A program made the position numbers and the translations under genes. The notes under the pieces are model-generated. The model saw only the letters and a list, made by a program, of their open reading frames with translations, was not told the DNA's origin and did no database searches. DNA of 64,000 bases from Neocallimastix sp. 'constans' (Eukaryota): the NCBI GenBank assembly GCA_050613775.1, contig JBODTK010000116.1:310001-374000 (forward strand). The letters are read 5' to 3'. Positions 41,124 to 53,759 of this stretch are shown piece by piece. Position 1 is the first letter of the stretch. Each line of letters starts with the position of its first letter.

Positions 41124-44100
41124 TTATTGTGCTTTAATTTCAGTAGATAGGATTAATAAATCATCAATAATATCAGATTCTATGTCAGAATTTATTTGTG
41201 AATAATTTAATAATTCATTAACGAAATAATCAAATATACACATGGAATCATTTAATTGTTTCAATATTAATAAAACATTCCGAATGTTAATTTTATGAAC
41301 ATCAAATGTCTTATGATATAATGATTTTTTGATAAAATGTGAAATTAAACTGGTAATATCAACGTCTGGAACATAGAAATTTTTGGATTGGAAAAATCCT
41401 GGATTGATATAATTATAGTAGCGAATGGTACCGTCACAACTATAGCTCACGGAATATCTTAAATTCATATAATCTAACTGACTTAACGTTAAGAGTATGT
41501 TTTCAAAATTAACTTGACTGAAATCAAAGGTATCACTTTCCATTGCCTTTTCAATGAAATAGGTTAAAAATTCAATATCTTCTTGCGTGATAAGAAAAGA
41601 AAGTTCCGACATTTTTTCGATGAATTTTTGACCTATACGTGTAATGATATTTTCTAAATTACATTTCCTGAAATCAATGTAGCCTCTCTCTAATAATGCC
41701 TTCATTAAATATTTTAAAAATTTAAAACGATAAAGGCCAAAGTATCTTTCAACATCATCATACTCAATATACTCAAAGGTATTAATATCAAATTCATATT
41801 CATTACTCCATGGTAAAACTTTATTAATAAACTTTTCAATATTAAAACTGTTGAAATCAAAAGTTTTTAAGTTGATGACGAGATCAATAAAATGTAACTT
41901 ATTAATATTCATGATATCCTTCATCATTCCATACATGGTGGTTTCATCTTTGATACGATTTTCTTCAAGTGTTTCTCCTCCACTTCTGAGGAACATCCAT
42001 AGACCGTAGTCATCATTACTGAAATGTTCATAGGGATATATCTCTTGATAGTTGTAATTATTAATAAAGGAAAAAAGGATGACACTACTCATCGGTATTT
42101 TACTCTTCTCCCTTAAGATAATTTCATCTAACTGATTTTTAGAGATGGCGGTTCCTTTCTTACCAAATCCAATTAGATTTAATATAAAATTATTATCGTA
42201 TACAAAATGACCAAATATGACCTTCATAAATTCTTTTTTCTCATTTAATATTACTTCTTTTTGATTTATACGAGCAAGGGATTCAAGGGATTCTTTAGAA
42301 CCATCTACATTATTATTATTCTCCTCCTCATCAAAGTAATCCTCTTCATCACCCTCTCGACTGTTGGTTAAAACAGTAATAGCATCGGTGATATGCTTAA
42401 ATCCGTTATACAATATAAATTTTAAATTCTTTCTATTTAAACATTTAGAATTGTACAGTTTACTTATGAGATCTATATAACCATCATATTTATAATTGAT
42501 ATCTGCACCATGCTTTAATAATAACTTTGCAATTTTAAATTGATTTTTACTAATGGCCACCGAAAGAGGCGTACAAGTATCATTTAAGAAATGGGAATTT
42601 TTATTTGAAATGCAATAATTTACCGATTTATATTGTGAAATAATAAATTTTATCATTTCGATTGAAGTTTCATTACATATAGCAAATATTAATAAATCTT
42701 CTTTAAAATCGGTGAATAGTACATCATGACTGATAAGGTACTTGTTTAATTCGAGGACATCATTGGACAAAATTTTTGCTTTTACCAGTTCCTGCTCATT
42801 TGGAAGCATTAAATGTTTTAAATATTGATCATTGACAGGAACCTCTATATTTCCATTTTTTACTTCATCAATAAACCAATCATTTGCACATTCATCCATT
42901 TTATTTAAGACATTTGAAATTACATTAAGTTTGACTTTATCTTCTCTCACATCGTACTTATAAACAAAACTGAATTCATCATGGAAACGATCTTCAATTT
43001 CCAATTTATATAAACGGCTTAGGTAATCAAATTCAATTTTTGTGTTTTCCTTTTTTATTATTTCTTTTAAAGCAGATGTGGAAATCGGTGTTTTATTTTT
43101 ATAAAAAGAAATTAATTTTAAAATATAGGCATTATTTAATAAGTAATACTTTAAAATTTTATTTAAAAGTTTGAAATGATTAATATAAATATATTTGTAT
43201 GAACTGGCAACGGTAAAATTGATAAATATATTATGATATAATATGAAATTTAAGTTTCTAACATTTAATTTTCCATTGGACAAAAGCCAGGTAAAAGTTA
43301 AATTGAACTTTTCATTTCCAAATTTATGAACTAAAAATTCAGAAATTTTAAATTTATTAGTAAGTAGGGTATAATAAAGTAAGGTATTGGGATCACAGGT
43401 AATACTTGTATAGGTAGAATCTTCTTGTTGGCATTGGTCAATGACATAATTTATTAATTCAATTGAATTAGTATTTGCAATTGTATAAGAGATGATTTCT
43501 TTTTTATTATCATCACCGAATTTTAAACTACTTAATTTAATGTTATGTTCTTTTATATAATTTTGAATTAAAATATACTTTTCACCGTTTTGTATTAAAT
43601 CCTGTATATTTTTAATATCTTCTGAATAGGTGGTTAAATTTTCCAATGATTTTAGAAAACTTTTATCAATATTGGTTTCTAAAATTGGATTTTTAACACT
43701 TTCTATTAATTCTCCTTTATTAACAATCTCATCCTTTGACTTGTATATATTAAAAATATCAATCATAATTTGCTCTTTTTCACCTACATGATTATTATAT
43801 AATATATTTAAAGCTTCATAATTTTTATTATCTATAGCAATTTTATAGAATGAATTATTAATATTTAATCTTGATTCCTCATTATTATTATTATTTGTAT
43901 TGGCTATAAATTGGTCATTTTGTTTCTTTTCTTTTATTAAATTATAAATATATATATTATTTAAATGACAATAATTTAATGTTTGTTTTAAGTAATAGTT
44001 ACTATTATTTTCAATCAAGTTTTCGATTAGCAAAACGATATCATAACCCTTATTTAAAATATAATAAAGATTATTATCGTTTAGAATTTCTCTTATTGTA

Positions 44101-44408
44101 TCTGCAGGTATATAGTTGATATTGGCACCATATTCAATTAATAATTCTGAAATATCAAAACGATTTATTTCAAGTGCTGATGAAAGAGGCGTTTTTATAT
44201 TATCAGGATTTATAGCATAATTTAAAGTATTATATGCATTAATTATAATAAGTTCTATTATTCTCTCTGATACGCCAGTTTCAATGCATCTTATTAATAT
44301 ATCATTTTCTCCCTTTAAACATTTTATTTTTATATAATTTTCCTGTATATATTCGTTAAAAATATCTTCATCTTCAATCTTTATTATATTCTCAATTATA
44401 TTATCCAT
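41124..44408 (-). CDS. Ankyrin-repeat protein, 1094 aa
   Basis: TPLSSALEINRFDISELLIEYGANINY and TPLSVAISKNQFKIAKLLLKHGADINY; three copies of a larger module plus C-terminal repeats; intronless. Confidence 0.9.
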   Translation of the reverse strand: MDNIIENIIKIEDEDIFNEYIQENYIKIKCLKGENDILIRCIETGVSERIIELIIINAYNTLNYAINPDNIKTPLSSALEINRFDISELLIEYGANINYIPADTIREILNDNNLYYILNKGYDIVLLIENLIENNSNYYLKQTLNYCHLNNIYIYNLIKEKKQNDQFIANTNNNNNEESRLNINNSFYKIAIDNKNYEALNILYNNHVGEKEQIMIDIFNIYKSKDEIVNKGELIESVKNPILETNIDKSFLKSLENLTTYSEDIKNIQDLIQNGEKYILIQNYIKEHNIKLSSLKFGDDNKKEIISYTIANTNSIELINYVIDQCQQEDSTYTSITCDPNTLLYYTLLTNKFKISEFLVHKFGNEKFNLTFTWLLSNGKLNVRNLNFILYHNIFINFTVASSYKYIYINHFKLLNKILKYYLLNNAYILKLISFYKNKTPISTSALKEIIKKENTKIEFDYLSRLYKLEIEDRFHDEFSFVYKYDVREDKVKLNVISNVLNKMDECANDWFIDEVKNGNIEVPVNDQYLKHLMLPNEQELVKAKILSNDVLELNKYLISHDVLFTDFKEDLLIFAICNETSIEMIKFIISQYKSVNYCISNKNSHFLNDTCTPLSVAISKNQFKIAKLLLKHGADINYKYDGYIDLISKLYNSKCLNRKNLKFILYNGFKHITDAITVLTNSREGDEEDYFDEEENNNNVDGSKESLESLARINQKEVILNEKKEFMKVIFGHFVYDNNFILNLIGFGKKGTAISKNQLDEIILREKSKIPMSSVILFSFINNYNYQEIYPYEHFSNDDYGLWMFLRSGGETLEENRIKDETTMYGMMKDIMNINKLHFIDLVINLKTFDFNSFNIEKFINKVLPWSNEYEFDINTFEYIEYDDVERYFGLYRFKFLKYLMKALLERGYIDFRKCNLENIITRIGQKFIEKMSELSFLITQEDIEFLTYFIEKAMESDTFDFSQVNFENILLTLSQLDYMNLRYSVSYSCDGTIRYYNYINPGFFQSKNFYVPDVDITSLISHFIKKSLYHKTFDVHKINIRNVLLILKQLNDSMCIFDYFVNELLNYSQINSDIESDIIDDLLILSTEIKAQ

Positions 44409-47400
44409 ATCTTTTTTATTTCAATTTATTTTATTATTTTAGTTTTTTACTTTCTTTTTTTTATTACTTTCTTACTAAATGCTTTTAATTTAAAATTGTT
44501 TTAAATTGTTTTCGCTTTTATTTTGGTTTAATTATTATTTTTATATTTATATTTTAATTGATAATTTATTGTGCATAATATTTATTTTCTCGTTTTATTT
44601 TTATTTTTTTATTCCAATTTCATTTAATTAAAGTTCAAATTTTATTTAACTTTATTTTATTATAAAACAAGGATATAAAAATACATTAATAATATTTCGA
44701 AAAAAAAAATAAATTTTCTAAAAAAAAAAACTAAATTTTAAATATTAAAATGAAAAGTTAAAATATTTATACTCTTAATCTCTTAATTAAAAATACCATT
44801 ATTATTATTATTATTATTTAAAAACTATTATTTAATATATTTATTAATAAATTATTATTAATTTTAATATTATTCATTTATTTATTTCATTTATTTATAT
44901 ATTTATTATTTATTATTTATTATTTATTATTTATTTATTATTTATTATTTATTTATTATTTATTATTTATTTATTATTTATTATTTATTTATTATTTATA
45001 TATTATTTATTTATTATTTATATATTATTTATTTATTATTTATTTATTATTTATTTATTATTTATATATTATTTATTATTTATTATTTATTATTTAATTA
45101 TTTATAATTATATATAAATATAATATAATAAAAAATTAAAATATAATTAATAAAAATATAGAAACGATAATTTATTTAATTTATTATTTATTTATCTATT
45201 TATTTAAATTGCTTTAGTATTATTTATTTATTTATTTATTTTATATTTATTTAATATATACTATTTATGTTCTTTTATTTATATTAAATTTAGATAATCA
45301 TTAAATATTCATTATATGCTATATGAATATTTTATAAATAATTTTTATATTTAACTCATTGAATTTAATATATATATCCATACTCTTAATATATGTCCAT
45401 TGCTTATAATTTATTTATAAGCGAATTAAAAACCATATGACTAAAAAATATTTTTAATTAGTTTTTAATTTATTTTTAATTAAAAAAAAAGAGTATTTAA
45501 AAAAAAAAAAAAATTTATTATTAATATTTAGGATGATGAGAAATGTATAAAAATAAGCATAACTAAAAATAAATAAATATAATAAATAAAATATTATACA
45601 TAAATAAAAAAAAAAAAAAAAAAGAAATTAATAAAATTAATTAAAATATATATTATTCCTATAATATTCATAATATATATTCATATATATTATATAAATA
45701 AAAAAGATAAAAATTATATGAAGATAACGTTACCTAAACTTCTCCTATTTTCGACATAATAATATGTTGGTGAATAGATTTACTAATTCTCAAATTAAAT
45801 CACTTTTTTAATAATAATATTCAGAATATGTGGAATTAAAAATATTTTAACTATTTTTAATTAATACTGATAATATGCTGAAATTTTAATTTTTAATACT
45901 TTTAATTAATATTGATAATATGCTGAACACATATATCTGAATTAAGAAAAAATATAATATTTTTTTTTTTTACTATAATTTAACTATTGTTATTGTTGTT
46001 GGTTACAAATAATTATAAACAATAAACAATAAACAACAATAAAATGATACATAATAAATAATTAAATAATTAAATAATTAAATAAATTATAATAAATAAT
46101 TAATAAATAATAAATAATAAATAATAAATAATTGAATAATAAAGAATAAAGAATAAATAATAAATAATAAATAATAAAAAGAATTAAAAGTGTATTTTTT
46201 AATAAATTATAAATAATAAATAATTGAATAATAAATAATAAATATTAAATATTAAATATTAAATATTAAATATTAAATTATAAATATTAAATATTAAATA
46301 TTAAATTATAAATAATAAATAATTGAATAATAAAATAATTAAATTATTAAAAATAAAAAAATTCGTATAAATAAAAATAAAAATAGAAATAAAATAAAAA
46401 TAAAACTAAAATTAAAAATAAAATTATAATTATAATTATAATTATAATTATAATTATAACTAAAAGGAAGGTAAATTAAAACAAATAATAAGGATAAAAT
46501 GAAAAATAAATATTTGTAATATATAGAGGTGTAAAAATTTTAATTTAATTTCATTTTAAAAATAAAACTCGAAAATAAAAATATTTATTTAATAATTTTT
46601 TTATTTTCATTTTAATTTTCCAATCAAGTAATTTTTATCCTAATAAAAGTTTGTAGTTTAATATATTGTACTATATTATAACTAAATAAATAAATAATAG
46701 ATATATAGATATATAAATATATAAATAAATAAATAATTTAATAATAAATAAATTGATAAATAAAAAATAAATAAATAATAGATATATAAATATATAAATA
46801 TATAAATAAATAAATAATTTAATAATAAATAAATTGATAAATAAAAAATAAATAAATAAATTAAATAAATAAATAATAAATAAATAATTATGCAATAAAT
46901 AAATAATCAAAAATAATTAAATAGTTAAATAGTTAATCAATAATAAATAAAAAATATACCATATAATTATTAAAAAATTATTATCATGATATTTTTTATT
47001 ATATTCTTGATAGTGATAATAATATTATTATTATGATTTAATATAAGGAAATTATAATGTTACGTATTACTTTTGTAGTAATCAATTAATGTTAATTTTA
47101 TTAATGCATTGCTTTATTAAATAACTAACTCTCAATACATATTGATGTATTTATCCGTGTATATGAAGTTTAATCCTTTTAAAAGATAAAATAATAGTTA
47201 CATATGATAAAAATATTAAAAAAAAAAAAAAGAAAAAAAGAAAAGAAAAAAAGAAAAATAACAATCGAACCAATTAATTTATTGATTTAAAATGAATAAA
47301 GCTGAAATTTTCATAATATTTACGATTTATATATTTATTAGAACTTAAAAACTATAAATTGTTACATGTATAATTATATTTATATTACTTTTTATTTTTA

Positions 47401-47867
47401 TTTTATTTTATTTTTTTTTTATTTTTTATTTTATCCTTTTAAATATTTGAATTTTTAAATATTTCATTTATTTTATTTTTATTTTTATTTTTATTATTTT
47501 TTTTTCCTGTTCTTTTTTCTTTTTTTATATTTAAAGTTTATACGAGGGAATTTATTTCAAAAAAATTTTTCATTTTATATTTTTATTTTTAAAAAAAAAA
47601 AATCTTAAAAGATTGGATAAGTATAATGGAATATATTGAATGCCTATATTTTATATATGATAAATATATATTATTTATAAACACAAAGATAATAATTAAT
47701 AATAGAAAGATAATTAAATAATTTAAATTTATTAAAATAATATATAATATATATATAATATTATATATTTTTTAAATAAAACATATAAATAGAAAATTTT
47801 TTATATATTAATATAAAAATATAAATAGAAATATATTAATATAGAAAAAAATAGGATGATGGTACTT

Positions 47868-48182
47868 TGGAAAGTTGAGTTTCAGAAAGTTACATTTCGC
47901 AATGTGGCGTTCATAATATTGTAATTTGACTCCATAAATTTATTACTATTTTTTTAAGATAATTATAAATAAATAAATTAATTATAATCTGGTTTAGAAA
48001 TAAATAAAATGTTTAAAAAAAATAAAATGTTTTAAATATTTTCTTAGTTACTTTATAACAAAAAAGATTGAATAATTAATTTATTATAATGAATAATTAA
48101 ATTTGAATAATTAATTTATTATAATGAATAATTAAATTTAAATAATTTCAAAGTATGTAGATACATTAAATATAAAATTTTT

Positions 48183-48222
<40 letters not shown>

Positions 48223-49075
48223 AAATATAAAAAAGATAATAATAAAAAAAAAAAAAAAAGGTGTGGGGCATTTCGCCGAATTAAAAATTATTAAATAAAT
48301 AAATAAATCAATAAATAAAATTAAATATTATTAATATCGAATAAAAGCAATTTTAAAAAAAAAGTTATTTTGAATTAATATTTATTTATTTATTCATTTA
48401 TTTATATCAATACTCCACTTGGCGAAATGCAACCTGTCGAAATGCAATTTGGGAAAATGCAACTCTCCCAAAAAAAAACTTTTTATATTAATAATAAAAA
48501 AAAAAAAAAAAAAAAAACTTTAATCCTAATTTATCATTATTTATTAGTTAGGACGATACAGGTTACTGTAGAGGGCGGGGTTCGAATCCTCGGCATGGCA
48601 CCAAATAATCGGATGAAGTTTCTATCCTGGGATATCATGAGACCACACGTGATGTCCATAAGGCTTTCCCTCAGATGATTATTTCACCCAACCCTGATAC
48701 TACGCTTTGAATTGAAGCATAGACCTTGATGATTGTAAAATTTCCAATCGCCAATGATTACACCCACTAGGGAGGAGTTAATGGTTCCGTTCTGATGCTC
48801 GTGGTCATTAGAGATATATGTAGGAACGTTAGGAATGCATCTCCGGGCAGTGTGTAACGACGATTGAGAGCGGCGAAGCTGATACAGTATGCCAATAACT
48901 CATCACCTTACAGTTAATTAATAACTGTATGGCCATATGGGAGATGGGTACCATATGTGCAAGTCTATGTGATCATTATTTATTAAAATTATTTATTTAT
49001 TTATTAATTTATTTATTGAAATTTTAAAAAGCCACATTTTTCAAAATACAACTTTCTGAAATTAAACACTTTTCA
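47868..49075. mobile_element. Non-autonomous DNA transposon relic (MULE/MITE-like inverted termini)
   Basis: 47868-47917 (TTTCAGAAAGTTACATTTCGCAATGTGGC) is an imperfect inverted repeat of 49021-49075. A related end with three AAATGCAA subrepeats lies at 48415-48469. No TSD verified. Confidence 0.5.
48547..48971 (+). mobile_element. tRNA-derived SINE with LINE-like 3' motif and 14-bp TSD
   Basis: ATCATTATTTATTA at 48533-48546 and 48972-48985. Head has GTTAGGAC, stem TACAG/CTGTA, T-arm CGGGG-TTCGAAT-CCTCG (B box 48579-48589), then GCATGGCA-CCA. Shared motif at 48864-48894. Confidence 0.88.
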
Positions 49076-49214
49076 GTTTTTGAAATTCTTTATGTAACAA
49101 GGTTATAAATTTTTTTATTGTTAATAATACCTTAAAGAATAAATTCATTTTATTAAACAATACAATAATAATAAAAAATTTCAGTCATTTAAAATAAATA
49201 AAATAAATAAATAA

Positions 49215-49245
<31 letters not shown>

Positions 49246-49809
49246 ATAGTATTAGGTTTTTGATATTCTTTATGTAACGTAACAAAGTAATATAATATAT
49301 AAAAAATTTTTTTTTTATTATTATTATTGTAAATAATATCCTAAAAAAATAATTCCTTTATAATAAACGATACATTAATAAAAATAATAATAAAAATATG
49401 ATAAAAAAAAAAAAAAAAAAAAAAAAGAATTTAAAAAACTAATAATATATATATTAATAATCTCTTTTAAATATATAGTTTAACATGTAATTAAATAATT
49501 TTTATAGTATTTAATTTTTACATATCATTTTTTTAATGAATTTTAACTCCACATAAAATAAATAAATAAATAAATAAATTTATAAATTAATAATAATATA
49601 GATAAATAAGTAAATAAATAAATAATATTAGATATTTTTTAGTGTAACAAAGAAATATATATAAATTTTTTTTATTGTAAATCATATTTAAGAATAATAA
49701 TGATAAATTCAAAATGGAAAAAAGAAAATTATATTTAAAATACAAATAATATATATATATACGTATATATATTCATAATCTCTTGTAAATATATAGTTTT
49801 AAAATGTTA

Positions 49810-49867
<58 letters not shown>

Positions 49868-50261
49868 TTAATAGTATTTAATAATTATTTTGTATTTTTT
49901 CTTTTTTTTCTTTTAAATCATAAAATTTTCATTCACTTTTCGTTAACAATAAAATAATAATTATTTTTAATTATATTCTTTATATTTGTTGATTTAAATT
50001 TTTTTTTTTTTTTTGGTTTTTTTTTTTTATTTAATCTTTGCTTTTCCATTTTTTTTTTTTTTGTTTTTAAATCTATATTTGATATTTCTTGAATATTTTA
50101 GAAGTTAAAATCTTTTAATAGCATCCCTATTAGATATCAATTATAATCATTTAATAGTACAAAAAAAAAAAAAAAAAAAAAAAAAATTATTTAATTTAAA
50201 ATAAGAACCAAAGATTTTTCTTCAAAATAAATCATTTTAAATCGTTTTTTTTTTTTTTTTT

Positions 50262-51156
50262 ACCTATTATTAATTGAAACAATTTTTTTTTATTAAATTT
50301 TTAATGGTATTATGTAATGTCTTTCTAGTTTTTTTTTTTTTTTTTTTTTGGTGGTTAGTACTTTGATACTAATCACCAAAAAAAAACACCCATAAGATTT
50401 TCTAGATTTCTAGATCGACCCTGCGACTACCTCCTGAATTTATATGGGGTGATTTTTCATTCTATCATTATAATCAATAATAACTGTGAAATTTTTTTCT
50501 GACAAGATAATGAGATGAAATTAAATTGTCTTTGATATTAGGTATATAGTAAACTTTTGATATACAGAGTAGAAACGAAATCTTTAATAACATCATTATA
50601 AGTTCCATACTTTTTCTCAATTATGTCAAAGGGGGTTGGTAATAATTTTATTATTGACCTTTTTTTTTTTTTGTGATTCATCTTGATTTTTAGCTTCTTT
50701 TGTTAAATTTAATAAAGTATTACTATCAATTATTCATTTTGTTGGTTGGTAAGTATTGGATGGTGTTGTTGTGAATAGTATTGATGTTAATATTTCTTGA
50801 AAATACTCTGAAAATTTCATCTTCTCTAAGATCAATTTAAATCTTCTAATTCTTAGCATTTTTAGTTCCTTCAATGTTGTAAGATAATTTTTATTCTTTT
50901 TAATTATTTCTTAATTCATTATTGTTCTTTCTTTGATATATCTATTTTTTATTTACTTTGAGTAGATTCTTATTTCTTTTGTTATCATTTCTTCTTGGAT
51001 GTTAGAAGCTTTCATCGGTAGTGTGATTATGCCATATCTATGATAATTTAGTAGTATTTATCTTTTTTCTTTTCTTTTTACCAAAATCATTGATAATTTA
51101 TTATTTCTAACTCTAACAACTGAAAGATTTTGTGTGGAATTGTTATTATAATCAGT

Positions 51157-51192
<36 letters not shown>

Positions 51193-52093
51193 TATTATTA
51201 ACTGAAACAATTTTTTTTATTAAATTTTTAATGGTATTATGTAATGTCTTTCTAGTTTTTTTTTTTTTTAGGTGATTAGTACTTTGATACTAATCACCAA
51301 AAAAAACACCCATAAGATTTTCTAGATCGACCCTGCGACTACCTCCTGAATTTATATGGAGTGATTTTTCATCCTATCTTTATTTAAACTTTCATTATAA
51401 TCAATTATAATCTTGAAATTTTTTTCTGACAAGATAATGAGATGAAATTAAATTATCTTTGATATTAAGTACATAGTGAACTTTTGATATATAGAGTAGA
51501 AACAAAATCTTTAATAACATCATTATAAGTTCCTTACTTTTTCTCAGTTATGTCAAAGGGGGTTGGTGATAGTTATTATTGACCTTTTTTTTTTTTTTTT
51601 GTGATTCATCTTGATTTTTAGCTTCTTTTGTTAAATTTAATAAAGTATTACTATCAATTATTCATTTTGTTGGTTGGTAAGTATTGGATGGTGTTGTTAT
51701 GAATAGTATTGATGTTAATATTTCCTATAAATACTCTGAAAATTTCATCTTCTCTAAGATCAATTTAAATCTTCTAATTCTTAGCATTTTTAGTTCCTTC
51801 AATGTTGTAAGATAATTTTTATTCTTTTTAATTATTTCTTAATTCATTATTGTTCTTTCTTTGATATATCAATTTTTTATTTTCTTTGAGTAGATTCTTA
51901 TTCTTATTTCTTTTGTTATCATTTATTCTTGGATGTTAGAAGCATTCATCGATAGTGTGATTATGCCATATCTATGATAAATATAGCAGTATTTATCTTT
52001 TTTCTTTTCTTTTTACCAAAATCATTGATAATTTATTATTTCTAACTCTAACAACTGAAAGATTTTATGTGGAATTGTTATTATAATCAGTCC
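50262..52093 (-). mobile_element. Tandemly duplicated (~900 bp x2) Ty1/Copia gag-pol relic
   Basis: Copies at 50262-51158 and 51190-52093, bounded by poly(T). Minus strand shows a decayed Gag knuckle (YCYIYHRYG..HTIDECF) and KVYYIPNIKDNLISS, like Copia VLYVPxLxxNLIS. The duplication is certain; the Copia call is less so. Confidence 0.7.
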
Positions 52094-52292
52094 TTTTTTT
52101 TTTTTTTTTTTTTTATATCTTTGTTACTTTTTAATAAAAACAACTTATCAAAGTCATACGTTCTCTTAAATTGTTCAAAAAGTTTTAAATTCGATTAAAA
52201 GTGGTAGATGATCCCCATATTTGACGATTTTCTTCAGAATATTTTATATTGTTATTTTTCTTTATGGAATTTGAAAATTTTTGAATTTAAAT

Positions 52293-52332
<40 letters not shown>

Positions 52333-53759
52333 AAATATATATATATATATATTTAAATTTGATATTTTAATTTTGAATTTTGTAAAATTTTAAATGTTTC
52401 TGTAATAGATAATTTGTGACAAACATGTTATATTTTACTTGAATATATTTATTGTTTATAGTTCATTAGGTGAATAAGATTCTTCAATCTGTTGAGAATG
52501 TAATAAATATCTCCCAATTTCAACATGTAGTGTAGTATTTCGGAAAATGTGGCTTTTTAAATTTTATTAAAATAATGTGGCATATAGTGGAGCATTAATT
52601 TTACAATATATAATACATAATTATAATGTAGTTAATACTTAATAATTATTATTATAATTTATGAATTTATGTTTGAATTTATGTTAATAATCTTTTTATC
52701 TTAAAACATTACTTATGAATGTACACGTATTATAAACTTTCAAAAATGTTAATTATAACAAATATATATTATTATATTACATAAATAAAGAAATATAAAG
52801 AAATATATAAAATAAATATATTATTATATATATTATTTTTTTATTTATATTTAGTAAAGACCAATAATTTTTAATTTAAATAAATAAATAAATAAATAAA
52901 TACATATATACATAAATATATAAATAAATAAATAAATAAAAATAAATAATTTAAAATAAATAATTTAAAATAATATAAAAAATAACATTTAAAATTATTA
53001 ATTAAAATCTAATTAAAAAAAAATCTATTGTTAATAAAATTTTTTATAGGTGGATAAGTAATTAAATATTGAAAAATTGTTATATATATATATATTTTTT
53101 TTTAATTATTTTTGGATGTATTTTTCCATGAATAAATTTTTTTTTAATTATAAGCATTTATATAATAAAATGCAATGAAATAAAATATGGAATTTAAACA
53201 TGTAATATATAAATTAATAAATTTAAGAATTTAATTCCGTTTATGAAATCTTTTAAAGTATTATATAATATTGAGATGGAATAAAATTATAATAAAGTTA
53301 ATTGTTAATTTAAATAAAGGTTCATGTGGACAGGTTTTTTAACTAATCCACTTTTGGATTATTTATTTAGTTCTTTATTTAAAAATTGTATTTTTTTTTT
53401 TTTTTTCTTTTTCTTTTTCTTTTTTTTTTTTTTTTCTTTTTTTTTTTTTTTTTAACAGCAATTATTTTTATTTATTTATTTATTTATTTATTCATTTAAT
53501 AATTGATATAAATAAAATAAAATATTTATTCATATCAGTTTTTAATCTTTTTTATTAAATTATATATAAATTATATATATATATATATAAGGAAAAAAAA
53601 ATTCAAAATATGTATTTGCAATAATATAATTTAAATAAAATATATATAATAGTTTTTGAATAATACGTTTAATCAAACTATTAAATATTGGAATATAAAT
53701 ATAATTTTTTTTTTTTTTTTTTTGAAATTTACAAAGTTTTATTATTTTTTTAAAAAAAA

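Noticed and set aside
48547..48603. Functional tRNA gene
   Set aside because: 5' acceptor strand missing, 4-nt anticodon loop, encoded CCA, and it lies inside a TSD-bounded insertion.
48864..48894. Hammerhead- or HDV-like ribozyme (TTGA-GA..GAA-stem-TA; GGCGAA)
   Set aside because: CUGANGA core is incomplete, no stem I forms, other copies have GAC/AAC in place of GAA, and no HDV P3/L3 pseudoknot could be built.
50320..50390. Helitron 3' end (hairpin plus CTAG)
   Set aside because: Spacing is a variable homopolymer, the base after CTAG is not T on the relevant strand, and no 5' TC end or Rep/helicase was seen.
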